Below are positions 46,619 to 55,102 of a DNA stretch of 64,000 nucleotides, one piece after another. Made by a program: the position numbers and the translations under genes. Each line of letters starts with the position of its first letter. Position 1 is the stretch's first letter. The stretch is taken from contig CASTSB010000003.1 in NCBI GenBank assembly GCA_949451605.1, forward strand, positions 33,326 through 97,325, in the 5' to 3' direction. A model generated the notes under the pieces. The model made no database searches. It was not told the DNA's origin and saw only the letters and a list, made by a program, of their open reading frames with translations. The DNA is from an uncultured Bacilli bacterium (GTDB lineage: Bacteria; Bacillota_I; Bacilli_A; RF39; UBA660).

Positions 46619-49135
46619 ATGGATAAAAGTACACTAGATAAGCTAATTACAAATAAAAATTTATCTATCTTAATAGTGATTTTTGTTATGGCAATAAGCT
46701 TTGGTTATGCTGCTTTTAATTCTGTATTAAATATAACAGGAACGTATGCAGATGTGCGTATAAAACAAGATATTAGAATAACTGGCATTAGAACTAATAG
46801 TGCAACAAGCAGTGGTTCATCAACTTATGAAGATTATAATAAAAGTAGTATTAAAATAGGTACAATTCTACCAAATAGTAATTCCACTATAACTTATGAA
46901 GTTGATATTACCAATCTTGGAAATACCGAAATGGGAATATATCAAATAAATAATCTTCCATCTAATTTAGAATATTCGCTTTCTGATTATGAAGAAGGTA
47001 CAAAGCTTTGTGTAGATACAAAATGCTCTTTAGGAGTAACAAAAACTATAAAAATAACAATTAAATACAAAAATAATGGATTTAATTCTACTACAACAAC
47101 GTATAATTTAAAATTAGATTTTGATTTTCAAAGATTTTATAATGTTACCTATAATACAAAAACTGGTGCAAATAAATCAGATAGTGCAATAGGAAAAGGC
47201 ACATATGTTTTAGATTTTTCAAAAGAAGAAGCAAAGCCAAATAGTGTATCATCTATAAAAATGGCAGGTTCAAATATTTCGAATTATTCTTATAATTCTA
47301 GTACAGGAATTTTATCTATCCCTAATGTTACAGGAGATATTCAAATAACTGCTAGTTATAAAGTTGACTGTTTAAAAGCTTCTCCTCGAGGTTCTGGAGA
47401 TTATTATAGCAATTCATATCTAGATTTACCAATAAAAAGAAAAGAAATTGAAGCTGTAACTTTTAATAATACCAAATTAGTACCTGAAGGATTATCTAGC
47501 TACGATGTTTCAGAGGATGGAAATGGAAGTATACTTGCATATTATCTTGATGAAGACAACAATGGTCTATATGAATTATACATAGGACAAGATGGTGGAG
47601 TAAAAGCTAATAAAAACTCTGAATGGCTATTTGCATATTTTAAGAATCTTAAAAATATTAACTTAAAATATTTAGATACAAGCGAAGTTACTAATATGTA
47701 TTATCTTTTTCTCCAATGTGAAAGTCTAACAACTTTAGATGTAAGTACATTAATTACTGATAATGTCACTAATATGGTAGGGATGTTTTCTACTTGTAAA
47801 AACTTAACTTCATTAGATTTAAGTAATTTTAATACTATTAATGTAAATAATATGAGCGAAATGTTTTATCAAGATTATAAATTATCTAATCTTAATGTTT
47901 CTTATTTTAATACAGAAAAGGTAACTCAAATAAGATTAATGTTTTCATATTGTTCAAGTTTAACATCTCTAGATATAACAAATTTTATTACAAAAAAAGT
48001 TAATAATATGGATTCAACATTTAAAAATTGTAGTAGCCTAGAATCTTTAGATTTAAGCAATTTTACAACTGAGAAAGTTTCATTTTTAGGAAATTTATTT
48101 TCATATTGTGAAAAGCTGAATAATTTGAATATAAGAAATGATTTTGTAAAATCCAATATAACAAATATTAAAGCAATGTTTAATAGCTGTAAAAGTTTAA
48201 CTACTCTTGATCTATCTCAATGGGATACAAGTAATGTAACAGATATGAGTAATTTATTTAATCATTGTGATAAACTTACCTCATTAAACTTTTATAATAT
48301 TAATACAAATAAAGTAACAAATATGAGTTCCTTTTTTAGTTATTGCAGTGCTTTACCAGAAAGTAATTTAGTTGGAATAGTAAGTAAATTTAATACAATT
48401 AATGTTACTGATATGTCTTATATGTTTCATTGGTGTACTCAATTAAACAATCTAGATTTATCACATTTCAATACTGAAAAGGTAACAACTATGTCTTATA
48501 TGTTTTTTGTCTGTTCTAACTTATCCACTTTAAATATTAGTAGTTTTAACACAAGTAATGTTACAAGTATGGCAGGAATGTTTTATAATTTTAGAAAAAT
48601 GGACACAATTAATCTTTCCCACTTTGATACATCTAAAGTAACATCGATGTATGATATGTTTGCCAATTCTAGTTACAAATCTTTAGATATTAGTAACTTT
48701 GATTTAAGTAGTTTAAAAAGTATGGGAGAAATGTTTGCTTACAATCGTTTATTAACTAGTATAAATATTAATGGAATAGATACTTCAAATGTTACAAATA
48801 TGAAAAGATTATTTCGAGAGTGCGAAAGTTTAGAAAATATAAACATAAGACATTTTAAAACTGCAAACGTTACAGATATGAGTGAAATGTTTTATAAATG
48901 TACTAATTTAAAAACCATCAATATTGCAAGTACAACTTTTGAATTTAAAAAAGAGTATGATGAAGCAACACAAACTACTAATTTTTTAGTAACTGTTACT
49001 AATATGTTTGCAGAGTGTCCAAATCTTCAAAAGTTATATATTTATGATATATTACAAATGGCTATTTTAAATCAAATATATCCAGGATTTACAAGTTTAC
49101 CTTTTGAACCTATCCAAGATGGAGAACCAAGTTAA
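46619..49135 (+). CDS. secreted BspA/DUF285-type leucine-rich-repeat protein with TasA-like SipW-class N-terminus
   Basis: N-terminus ...ILIVIFVMAISFGYAAFNSVLNITG. About 16-17 repeats of 25 aa (LDxSxFNTxxVTxMxxMFxxCxxL). An alternative ATG at 46598 is in frame. Confidence 0.7.
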   Translation: MDKSTLDKLITNKNLSILIVIFVMAISFGYAAFNSVLNITGTYADVRIKQDIRITGIRTNSATSSGSSTYEDYNKSSIKIGTILPNSNSTITYEVDITNLGNTEMGIYQINNLPSNLEYSLSDYEEGTKLCVDTKCSLGVTKTIKITIKYKNNGFNSTTTTYNLKLDFDFQRFYNVTYNTKTGANKSDSAIGKGTYVLDFSKEEAKPNSVSSIKMAGSNISNYSYNSSTGILSIPNVTGDIQITASYKVDCLKASPRGSGDYYSNSYLDLPIKRKEIEAVTFNNTKLVPEGLSSYDVSEDGNGSILAYYLDEDNNGLYELYIGQDGGVKANKNSEWLFAYFKNLKNINLKYLDTSEVTNMYYLFLQCESLTTLDVSTLITDNVTNMVGMFSTCKNLTSLDLSNFNTINVNNMSEMFYQDYKLSNLNVSYFNTEKVTQIRLMFSYCSSLTSLDITNFITKKVNNMDSTFKNCSSLESLDLSNFTTEKVSFLGNLFSYCEKLNNLNIRNDFVKSNITNIKAMFNSCKSLTTLDLSQWDTSNVTDMSNLFNHCDKLTSLNFYNINTNKVTNMSSFFSYCSALPESNLVGIVSKFNTINVTDMSYMFHWCTQLNNLDLSHFNTEKVTTMSYMFFVCSNLSTLNISSFNTSNVTSMAGMFYNFRKMDTINLSHFDTSKVTSMYDMFANSSYKSLDISNFDLSSLKSMGEMFAYNRLLTSININGIDTSNVTNMKRLFRECESLENINIRHFKTANVTDMSEMFYKCTNLKTINIASTTFEFKKEYDEATQTTNFLVTVTNMFAECPNLQKLYIYDILQMAILNQIYPGFTSLPFEPIQDGEPS
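47645..49040 (+). repeat. ~75-nt periodic coding repeat array (DUF285/BspA-type LRR)
   Basis: Recurring ...(T/N)NM(S/x)xMF..C..L..L(D/N)(L/I)S.F(N/D)T..V... units, counted as 16-17 by eye. Confidence 0.7.
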
Positions 49136-49158
49136 GAGCTTAGTGGCTCTTTTTTTTG
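49134..49158 (+). terminator. intrinsic terminator
   Basis: AAGAGC-TTAGTG-GCTCTT followed by a T7 run. Confidence 0.55.
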
Positions 49159-49167
49159 TTTTTCATA

Positions 49168-49196
49168 TTGACAAAAGAATTATCATAGATTAATAT
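49168..49196 (+). promoter_or_regulatory. sigma-A promoter of the arsR-family/P-type ATPase operon
   Basis: TTGACA (49168-49173), 17-nt spacer, TAATAT (49191-49196). Confidence 0.6.
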
Positions 49197-49219
49197 GAAC
49201 ATATGAGCAATCATTCATA
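49194..49219 (+). promoter_or_regulatory. candidate ArsR/SmtB operator (imperfect inverted repeat)
   Basis: TATGAA-N14-TTCATA overlaps the -10 box and the transcription start region. Confidence 0.4.
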
Positions 49220-49233
49220 TAAGGAGGACAAAT

Positions 49234-49530
49234 ATGAAACAACACAGTAAAGAATTATTATATGGGCTAAGTGAGTTTTATAAAATATTTGGAGATCCAA
49301 CAAGATTAAGAATTCTAGATTTACTTTTAAATAAGCCATTATGCGTAAATGAGATAAGTGAAATATTAGATGTATCTCAATCTGCTATTTCTCATCAATT
49401 AAAATACCTTAGATCTTCTAATCTTGTTAAAGCAGAGAAGACTGGAAAAAATGTTTATTATTCTATAAGTGATGAGCATATTAAAATAATATTAAAATAT
49501 GGAATTGAACATATTAAGGAGGTTATGTAA
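49234..49530 (+). CDS. ArsR/SmtB family metalloregulator (alpha5-site type)
   Basis: FKIFGDPTRLRILDLL...CVNEISEILDVSQSAISHQLKYLR (wHTH). C-terminal DEH-x10-H-x2-E aligns with the CzrA/SmtB alpha5 ligands. Confidence 0.85.
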   Translation: MKQHSKELLYGLSEFYKIFGDPTRLRILDLLLNKPLCVNEISEILDVSQSAISHQLKYLRSSNLVKAEKTGKNVYYSISDEHIKIILKYGIEHIKEVM

Positions 49531-51348
49531 ATGAATAAATTACTTAATCTTACTTTATTAAGAATTATTATCAGTTTAATTTTATTTATAGTATCTCTAT
49601 TTACTACATCATCAATTGAATTTGTTCTAATACTTATAAGTTATATTATTATAAGCTATGAAGTTTTTAAAGAAGCAATCGAAGAAATATCAGAACTTAA
49701 CTTTTTTAATGAATGTTTCTTAATGGTAATCGCAACTCTAGGAGCATTTTATACTGGAAGTTATGAGGAAGCAGTTATGGTTATGCTTTTATTTGAATTT
49801 GGAGAATATTTATCAGATTTAGCAGTTAACAAAAGTAAAAAATCAATTACTCAACTTATGGATTTAAAAGCAGAAAAAACAAATCTGCTTAAAAATAATA
49901 AAATAGTAGAAGTTGAAACAAAAGATGTAAAAATAGATGATATCTTTATAGTAAAGCCAGGAGAAAAAATTCCAGTAGATGGTGTTGTTATAGATGGTGA
50001 ATCATTTATTGATACTTCTGCAATAACTGGAGAATTAACACCAAGAAGAGTAAAAGCAAAAGACAAGATTTTAAGCGGATTTATTAATAATGATAGTGTA
50101 ATAAAAGTAAAAGCAACTTCAACAATAAATACTAGTACTACATCAAAAATACTATCTTTAATTGAAAATTCAAATGAGAAGAAAAGTAATACAGAAAAAT
50201 TTATAACAAGGTTTGCAAAAATTTATACTCCAATAATAATTATTAGTGCTGCTTTATTAGTTTTAATTCCTACATTATTAGGTCAAGATTTTAATAAATG
50301 GTTGTACAAAGCTTTAATATTTTTAGTAACTTCCTGTCCATGTGCCTTAGTTATATCGGTTCCACTAGGCTACTTCTGCGGAATAGGAGCTGCTTCTAAA
50401 AATGGAGCAATAATTAAAGGTAGTAGCGAACTTGAAAGTTTAAGTAATGTTGATTATTTATTATTAGATAAGACAGGTACAATTACTGAAGGAGTTTTTG
50501 AAGTAATTAAAATAAATTCAAAATATTTAAGCGATGAAGATTTTTTAAACATAATTGCTTCTGCAGAAGAAAATTCTCTTCATCCTATCGCTATGGCAAT
50601 CAAAGAGAAAAGCAAGTCTTCATTAAAAAAGTCTACTAAATTTAAAGAAATTGCTGGAAAAGGAATAATGTGTTTAATTAATGATAAAGAAGTTTTAGTA
50701 GGAAATAAAAAATTATTAGAAGAAAATAATATAAGTGTTGATAATAATAATGATACAGGTACAATTGTTTATTTAGCTATCGACAAAAAATATCAAGGTT
50801 ATTTAGTAATCGCTGATAAAATTAAAGAATCTAGTATGCAACTAAAAAATATAGAAAAATTAATCAATAGAGATATAGTTATTTTATCTGGAGATAATAA
50901 TGAGTATGTAAAGAATGTAGCTGAAACTCTAAAAATAGATAATTATTTTAGTAATCTTCTTCCACAAGAAAAAGTAGAAAAAATGTCTATATATTTATCA
51001 AAAGGAAAAACAATGTTTGTTGGTGATGGAATAAATGATGCACCAGTAATAAAAAAAGCTGACATTGGTGTTTCTATGGGTACTATTGGTAGTGATGCTG
51101 CAATTGAAGCAAGTGATATTGTTATTATGAATGATAATATTGAAACTTTGGAAAAGATAATTAAAATCGGAATTAATACTAAAAAGAAAGTAATTCAAAG
51201 TATAATTTTTGCATTAGTTATTAAATTTATTATATTATTACTTGGAGTAATTGGAATAAGTTCAATTTGGATGGCCGTATTTGCAGATGTGGGAGTAACT
51301 TTATTATCGATTTTAAATGTTGTTTCTATATTTTTGAAAAAGTATTAA
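49531..51348 (+). CDS. heavy-metal translocating P1B-type ATPase lacking an N-terminal metal-binding domain
   Basis: TSCPCALVISVP (CPC), LLDKTGTITEG (DKTGT), GDGINDAP. The protein starts directly with TM helices and has no N-terminal CxxC/HMA domain. Start abuts the regulator stop. Confidence 0.9.
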   Translation: MNKLLNLTLLRIIISLILFIVSLFTTSSIEFVLILISYIIISYEVFKEAIEEISELNFFNECFLMVIATLGAFYTGSYEEAVMVMLLFEFGEYLSDLAVNKSKKSITQLMDLKAEKTNLLKNNKIVEVETKDVKIDDIFIVKPGEKIPVDGVVIDGESFIDTSAITGELTPRRVKAKDKILSGFINNDSVIKVKATSTINTSTTSKILSLIENSNEKKSNTEKFITRFAKIYTPIIIISAALLVLIPTLLGQDFNKWLYKALIFLVTSCPCALVISVPLGYFCGIGAASKNGAIIKGSSELESLSNVDYLLLDKTGTITEGVFEVIKINSKYLSDEDFLNIIASAEENSLHPIAMAIKEKSKSSLKKSTKFKEIAGKGIMCLINDKEVLVGNKKLLEENNISVDNNNDTGTIVYLAIDKKYQGYLVIADKIKESSMQLKNIEKLINRDIVILSGDNNEYVKNVAETLKIDNYFSNLLPQEKVEKMSIYLSKGKTMFVGDGINDAPVIKKADIGVSMGTIGSDAAIEASDIVIMNDNIETLEKIIKIGINTKKKVIQSIIFALVIKFIILLLGVIGISSIWMAVFADVGVTLLSILNVVSIFLKKY

Positions 51349-51402
51349 TTAAATGCTATACTGTTTAAAAAAGTAAGAAAAGTACTTTCTTAAGGAGACT
51401 TT

Positions 51403-52611
51403 ATGGATAAAAAGAAATTAATGACAATTGGCTTAATCACATTATTTTGCTTTATAATTTTAATACCAAGTATTTATTATCTTTATAATTATTTCAGAAT
51501 TAAAAATGCCAAAATATTTGTTGAATTAGTAGATAATAGAGAAGTTGAAGTATTTGAAAAGAAATACATTTCAGATTTTATAAAGAGCATTAATGGTAAG
51601 TTAGAGAAAGATAATCTTATTTCTACTAATAAATTAGGTGAAAAAGAAATAACTTTTTCCTATGTAAATGTTGATAAAATAAAAGTTAATTATAGCTTTA
51701 AAATCAAAGTTGTTGATAAAACAAAGCCATTAATAGTAGTTCCTTCTACTTATGCTGTAACGGAAGGATACAATAAAGATTTATCAAAGGAATTTTTCTG
51801 TGGAGATAATTATGATGATGAACCAATTTGTAAAATTGAAGGAGAGTATAATACTGATAAAATAGGAACTTATAACTTAAAGTATATTGCTCAAGATAAA
51901 AGTAAAAACATATCTACTCAAGAATTTATTTTAAAGGTAAAGAAAAAAGAGAAAAATAAACCCTCAAAGCAAGAAACAAAATACATCGATTTTAATGATA
52001 TAGTAAAAGAACATAAAAAAAATAATACAAAAATCGGTATAGATGTTTCACATTGGCAAGGAAATATTGATTTTAAAAAAGTAAAAAATGCAGGTGTTGA
52101 ATTCGCATTTATTAGAGTAGGAACAGAAAATAGTGAAGGAGAACTTTACCTAGATAAAAAATTCGAAAATAATATAAAAGGATTTAATAAGGAAAAAATA
52201 CCAGTAGGAATATATTATTACTCATATGCTGATAGCGTTGAAAAAGCAAAAAAAGAAGCAAAATGGGTATTAAAACAAATAAAAAAATATAAAATAGATT
52301 TGCCAGTAGTTTTTGATTGGGAAAATTGGTCCAATTATCGAGAATTTAATTTAAGTTTTTATTCTTTGACTAAAGTAGCTAATACTTTCTTAAAAGAAGT
52401 TGAAAAAGCAGGTTACGAAGGTATGTTATATAGTAGTAAATATTATTTAGAAAATATTTGGCATAAAACTAAGTATAAAACTTGGTTAGCTCATTACACT
52501 GCAAAGACCAATTACGAAGGAGATTACTACATATGGCAATTATGTAGTAATGGAAAAGTGGAAGGAATACCAGATAATACAGTAGACTTAAATATTATGT
52601 ATAAAAAGTAA
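51403..52611 (+). CDS. membrane-anchored GH25 muramidase (lysozyme) with Ig-like (DUF5011-type) domain
   Basis: N-terminal TM. Ig-like ...CGDNYDDEPICKIEGEYNTDKIGTYNLKYIAQDKS. GH25 core IGIDVSHWQGNIDFKKVKNAGVEFAFIRVG...GIYYYSYA. Confidence 0.8.
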   Translation: MDKKKLMTIGLITLFCFIILIPSIYYLYNYFRIKNAKIFVELVDNREVEVFEKKYISDFIKSINGKLEKDNLISTNKLGEKEITFSYVNVDKIKVNYSFKIKVVDKTKPLIVVPSTYAVTEGYNKDLSKEFFCGDNYDDEPICKIEGEYNTDKIGTYNLKYIAQDKSKNISTQEFILKVKKKEKNKPSKQETKYIDFNDIVKEHKKNNTKIGIDVSHWQGNIDFKKVKNAGVEFAFIRVGTENSEGELYLDKKFENNIKGFNKEKIPVGIYYYSYADSVEKAKKEAKWVLKQIKKYKIDLPVVFDWENWSNYREFNLSFYSLTKVANTFLKEVEKAGYEGMLYSSKYYLENIWHKTKYKTWLAHYTAKTNYEGDYYIWQLCSNGKVEGIPDNTVDLNIMYKK

Positions 52612-52613
52612 GA

Positions 52614-52638
52614 AAATGCAAGAAATTGCATTTTTTTG
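52614..52638 (+). terminator. intrinsic terminator
   Basis: AAATGCAA-GAAA-TTGCATTT followed by TTTT. Confidence 0.6.
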
Positions 52639-52711
52639 TTTTATTATTACGATTTTCCCAATTATTATCGAATCTTTATTATGAGGAGGAATTTTATGAA
52701 TAGAAATATAA

Positions 52712-52948
52712 GTTAACTCCAATTTTTTATATATGCTTGTTAAAGATCACCCGTTTGTTGACAGAAATAAAAGAATAGCCGCAGCTTTATTTATCTACTT
52801 TCTAAATTTCTATAACATATTATATAAAAAAGATAAGAAGACAATAGATAATAATTCTCTTGCATCTATGACTTTACTAATTGCAGAATCGAATCCAAAA
52901 GAAAAGGAAATTATAATTGACTTAATAATGAATTTCTTAAATAACTAA
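52712..52948 (+). pseudogene. Fic/DOC family remnant (C-terminal part only, degenerate Fic motif)
   Basis: Open frame after the TAA at 52709. ...FLYMLVKDHPFVDRNKRIAAALFIYFL, against the Fic consensus HPFxxGNGR. The N-terminal ~150 aa of a normal Fic protein are missing. A strong GAGGAGG RBS at ~52683 leads only to a 6-codon ORF. Confidence 0.5.
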
Positions 52949-52956
52949 AAAAGCAT

Positions 52957-53637
52957 TTATAAGTATTTATAAACGCTCACAATAAAGTTACCACTTTTAG
53001 TATTTTTAATAATTCCCATGTATTTAAATTTTCCAACTTTTCTAATACTAAAGGTATCATTAATCTTTAAATTCATAGATAACTTTTTTAAGAAATCATG
53101 ATTATACATGATATCTTTATTTCTAAATAGTTCTTCAATATTACTACGAGATGTATTCATAATTCTAGAAATAATACTATCTATTCTCTCACTAGATACA
53201 ATTAACTCTAACTTTTCATATTTTCTTTTAAAATTAGAAAGCAAATCTAAGTCTAATTCTTGAAGTTCAATACTACTATTTCTAACAGAAGTAAAATTGG
53301 CTTCAAAATAATTTTGAAATAATTTTAATATATAAATATAATAATGACCATTATCAATAATAATATCTCCAAACATTTCGCTATTTATTTGAAGAGAATA
53401 CATCGTTCCTAATATATCCTGGTGTCGAATTTCTTTACTACTTTTAATTTCATATAAAATGACTTCGGGTATATTATTTTTATAAAAAATAACTTTTTCA
53501 CTATCTTCGTATGGTTTATATATTTTATACTCATCACGTCTTAATTTACCTTTAAGTAAAGCTTGTTCTTTTGGATCTAAAAAATAAGTAGATTGATTCT
53601 TTCGCAGCTTATTTAAATTCTTTTCAATATTATACAT
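52957..53637 (-). CDS. YlmH-like S4-domain RNA-binding protein
   Basis: N-terminal ...TYFLDPKEQALL... and C-terminal S4-like RIDSIISRIMNTSRSNIEELFRNKDIMYNHDFLKKLSMNLKINDTFSIRKVGKF. AGGAG RBS. Confidence 0.5.
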   Translation of the reverse strand: MYNIEKNLNKLRKNQSTYFLDPKEQALLKGKLRRDEYKIYKPYEDSEKVIFYKNNIPEVILYEIKSSKEIRHQDILGTMYSLQINSEMFGDIIIDNGHYYIYILKLFQNYFEANFTSVRNSSIELQELDLDLLSNFKRKYEKLELIVSSERIDSIISRIMNTSRSNIEELFRNKDIMYNHDFLKKLSMNLKINDTFSIRKVGKFKYMGIIKNTKSGNFIVSVYKYL

Positions 53638-53715
53638 ATTAATCTCCTAAATCATTCATATTATAGCATTTAAGATAAAAAACAACTATAATAAATATAA
53701 ATAAAAGGTGATATT

Positions 53716-54117
53716 ATGAAAACATTAACTATAAAACAACCATTTGCCTCTCTTATTATTGAAGGACAAAAAAAATATGAATTTAGAACTTGGAAAACAA
53801 ATTATCGAGGCGAAATATTAATACATGCAGGAAAAAGTACAGATAAAAAAGAACTAGAAAGATTAAAGTCTTTAAATTTAAATACTGAAAATGGGGCCAT
53901 TATTGGAAAAGTAACAATAACTGATTGTATCTTAGTAGATAAAGATTTCCAAAAGAAATTAAAAAAAGAAAATGAATTAGTTTATGAAAAAATGATAAAT
54001 AAGGATTTAACAGAAGAAAAAATCTATGCATTTAAATTAGAAAATGTCAAAAAAATTGTTCCTATTAAAGTTAATGGAAAGCTATCATTTTGGGAGTATG
54101 ACTTTAAAGATAAATAA
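53716..54117 (+). CDS. ASCH domain protein
   Basis: MKTLTIKQPFASLIIEGQKKYEFRTWKTNYRGEILIHAG, an ASCH/PUA-like N-terminal pattern. Confidence 0.6.
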   Translation: MKTLTIKQPFASLIIEGQKKYEFRTWKTNYRGEILIHAGKSTDKKELERLKSLNLNTENGAIIGKVTITDCILVDKDFQKKLKKENELVYEKMINKDLTEEKIYAFKLENVKKIVPIKVNGKLSFWEYDFKDK

Positions 54118-54165
54118 CAATTTTAATTTAAGTTTTAAAATGTTATACTAATAGTAAGAGTAGGA

Positions 54166-54543
54166 GTGATTCAATTGGTACAATTTTTATATTTTATTTC
54201 TCTGTTTATAGGAACTATTCTTTTACTTTTAGGCATTTCTAATAAAAATAAAAAAGCAAATAGTAATGAAAAAACTACAACAGGTACAGTAACAGAGTTT
54301 GGTCTATTATATAAAGAAAAAGGTTATCCTACTAAATATAGAGCAAAAATTAAGTCGGGTAATAAAACATACATCATAGAACAGTATAGTATGCCATGGC
54401 TTAAAGCAGGTGAGAAAGTAAAACTCCAGATTACAGGTAAACAAAAGATATTAGGCAATGACAGACTAAATAATAAATCACTTATACAATTAATGTTTGG
54501 AATATTATTTTTAGTAATTCCATTTATAATTATTTATATTTAA
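54166..54543 (+). CDS. small 2-TM membrane protein (DUF3592-like topology)
   Basis: TM, then a beta-rich domain of about 70 aa, then a TM. The likely true start is TTG at 54175, 8 nt after AGGAG. Confidence 0.4.
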   Translation: MIQLVQFLYFISLFIGTILLLLGISNKNKKANSNEKTTTGTVTEFGLLYKEKGYPTKYRAKIKSGNKTYIIEQYSMPWLKAGEKVKLQITGKQKILGNDRLNNKSLIQLMFGILFLVIPFIIIYI

Positions 54544-54550
54544 AAAGAAA

Positions 54551-54578
54551 AAGATTCATTTATTTGAATCTTTTTTAT
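54551..54578. terminator. bidirectional intrinsic terminator
   Basis: AAGATTCA-TTTATT-TGAATCTT, flanked by an A-run and a T-run, between convergent genes. Confidence 0.65.
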
Positions 54579-55009
54579 AGATATTTCTTTAACTTCTCAA
54601 CATATTTTTCTTGCATATCAATATAATCTTCAACTAATTTTTTAACTTTTTTATCAAGATTTTCTTGCTTTAATAATTTAATACCATCAATAATACCCAT
54701 ATTTAATCCTTGCATAGTCATTTCTGTTAATTTTGAATCACTACTATCTGTTATTGTTCTTATCTGTATACCATACCAAGTCATAACTTTTGACATTGTA
54801 GAATTTTCATCAATTTTTTCAGTACTATTTTTATCATGAAGCTCTTCTATTTTATTAGAGAGTTCATTATATTTTTTGTGAAGTTCAAAGATATTTTCTT
54901 TTAATTCTTTTCCTTGAACTTTTTCTAAAATACATCCTAGAGCTTCCATCCCCATTCCGCATCCTTTATTAAGTTCGTCTAATATAACTAAGCTATTATT
55001 ATTTATCAT
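54575..55009 (-). CDS. hypothetical helical-bundle protein
   Basis: GGAGGG RBS. 144 aa, predicted all-helical with heptad-like Lys/Glu pattern. No motif confidently recognised. Confidence 0.45.
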   Translation of the reverse strand: MINNNSLVILDELNKGCGMGMEALGCILEKVQGKELKENIFELHKKYNELSNKIEELHDKNSTEKIDENSTMSKVMTWYGIQIRTITDSSDSKLTEMTMQGLNMGIIDGIKLLKQENLDKKVKKLVEDYIDMQEKYVEKLKKYL

Positions 55010-55102
55010 TATATCCCTCCAATAATATTATGAAGAAAAAATAAAATAATATACAAAATAAAGTTATTTTGAGTTATAATTATAAATATAATAGGTGATA
55101 AT

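Noticed and set aside
47645-49040. Regular ~75-nt periodicity that could be mistaken for a CRISPR-like or satellite array
   Set aside because: The periodicity lies entirely within one long ORF and corresponds to 25-aa leucine-rich repeats. The units are diverged at DNA level and have no repeat/spacer structure.
51374-51392. Hairpin TAAGAAA-AGTAC-TTTCTTA between the P-type ATPase and the GH25 gene as a terminator
   Set aside because: No T-tract follows; the next bases are the AAGGAG RBS of the GH25 gene. It may be a weak structural element, but it is not a supported intrinsic terminator.
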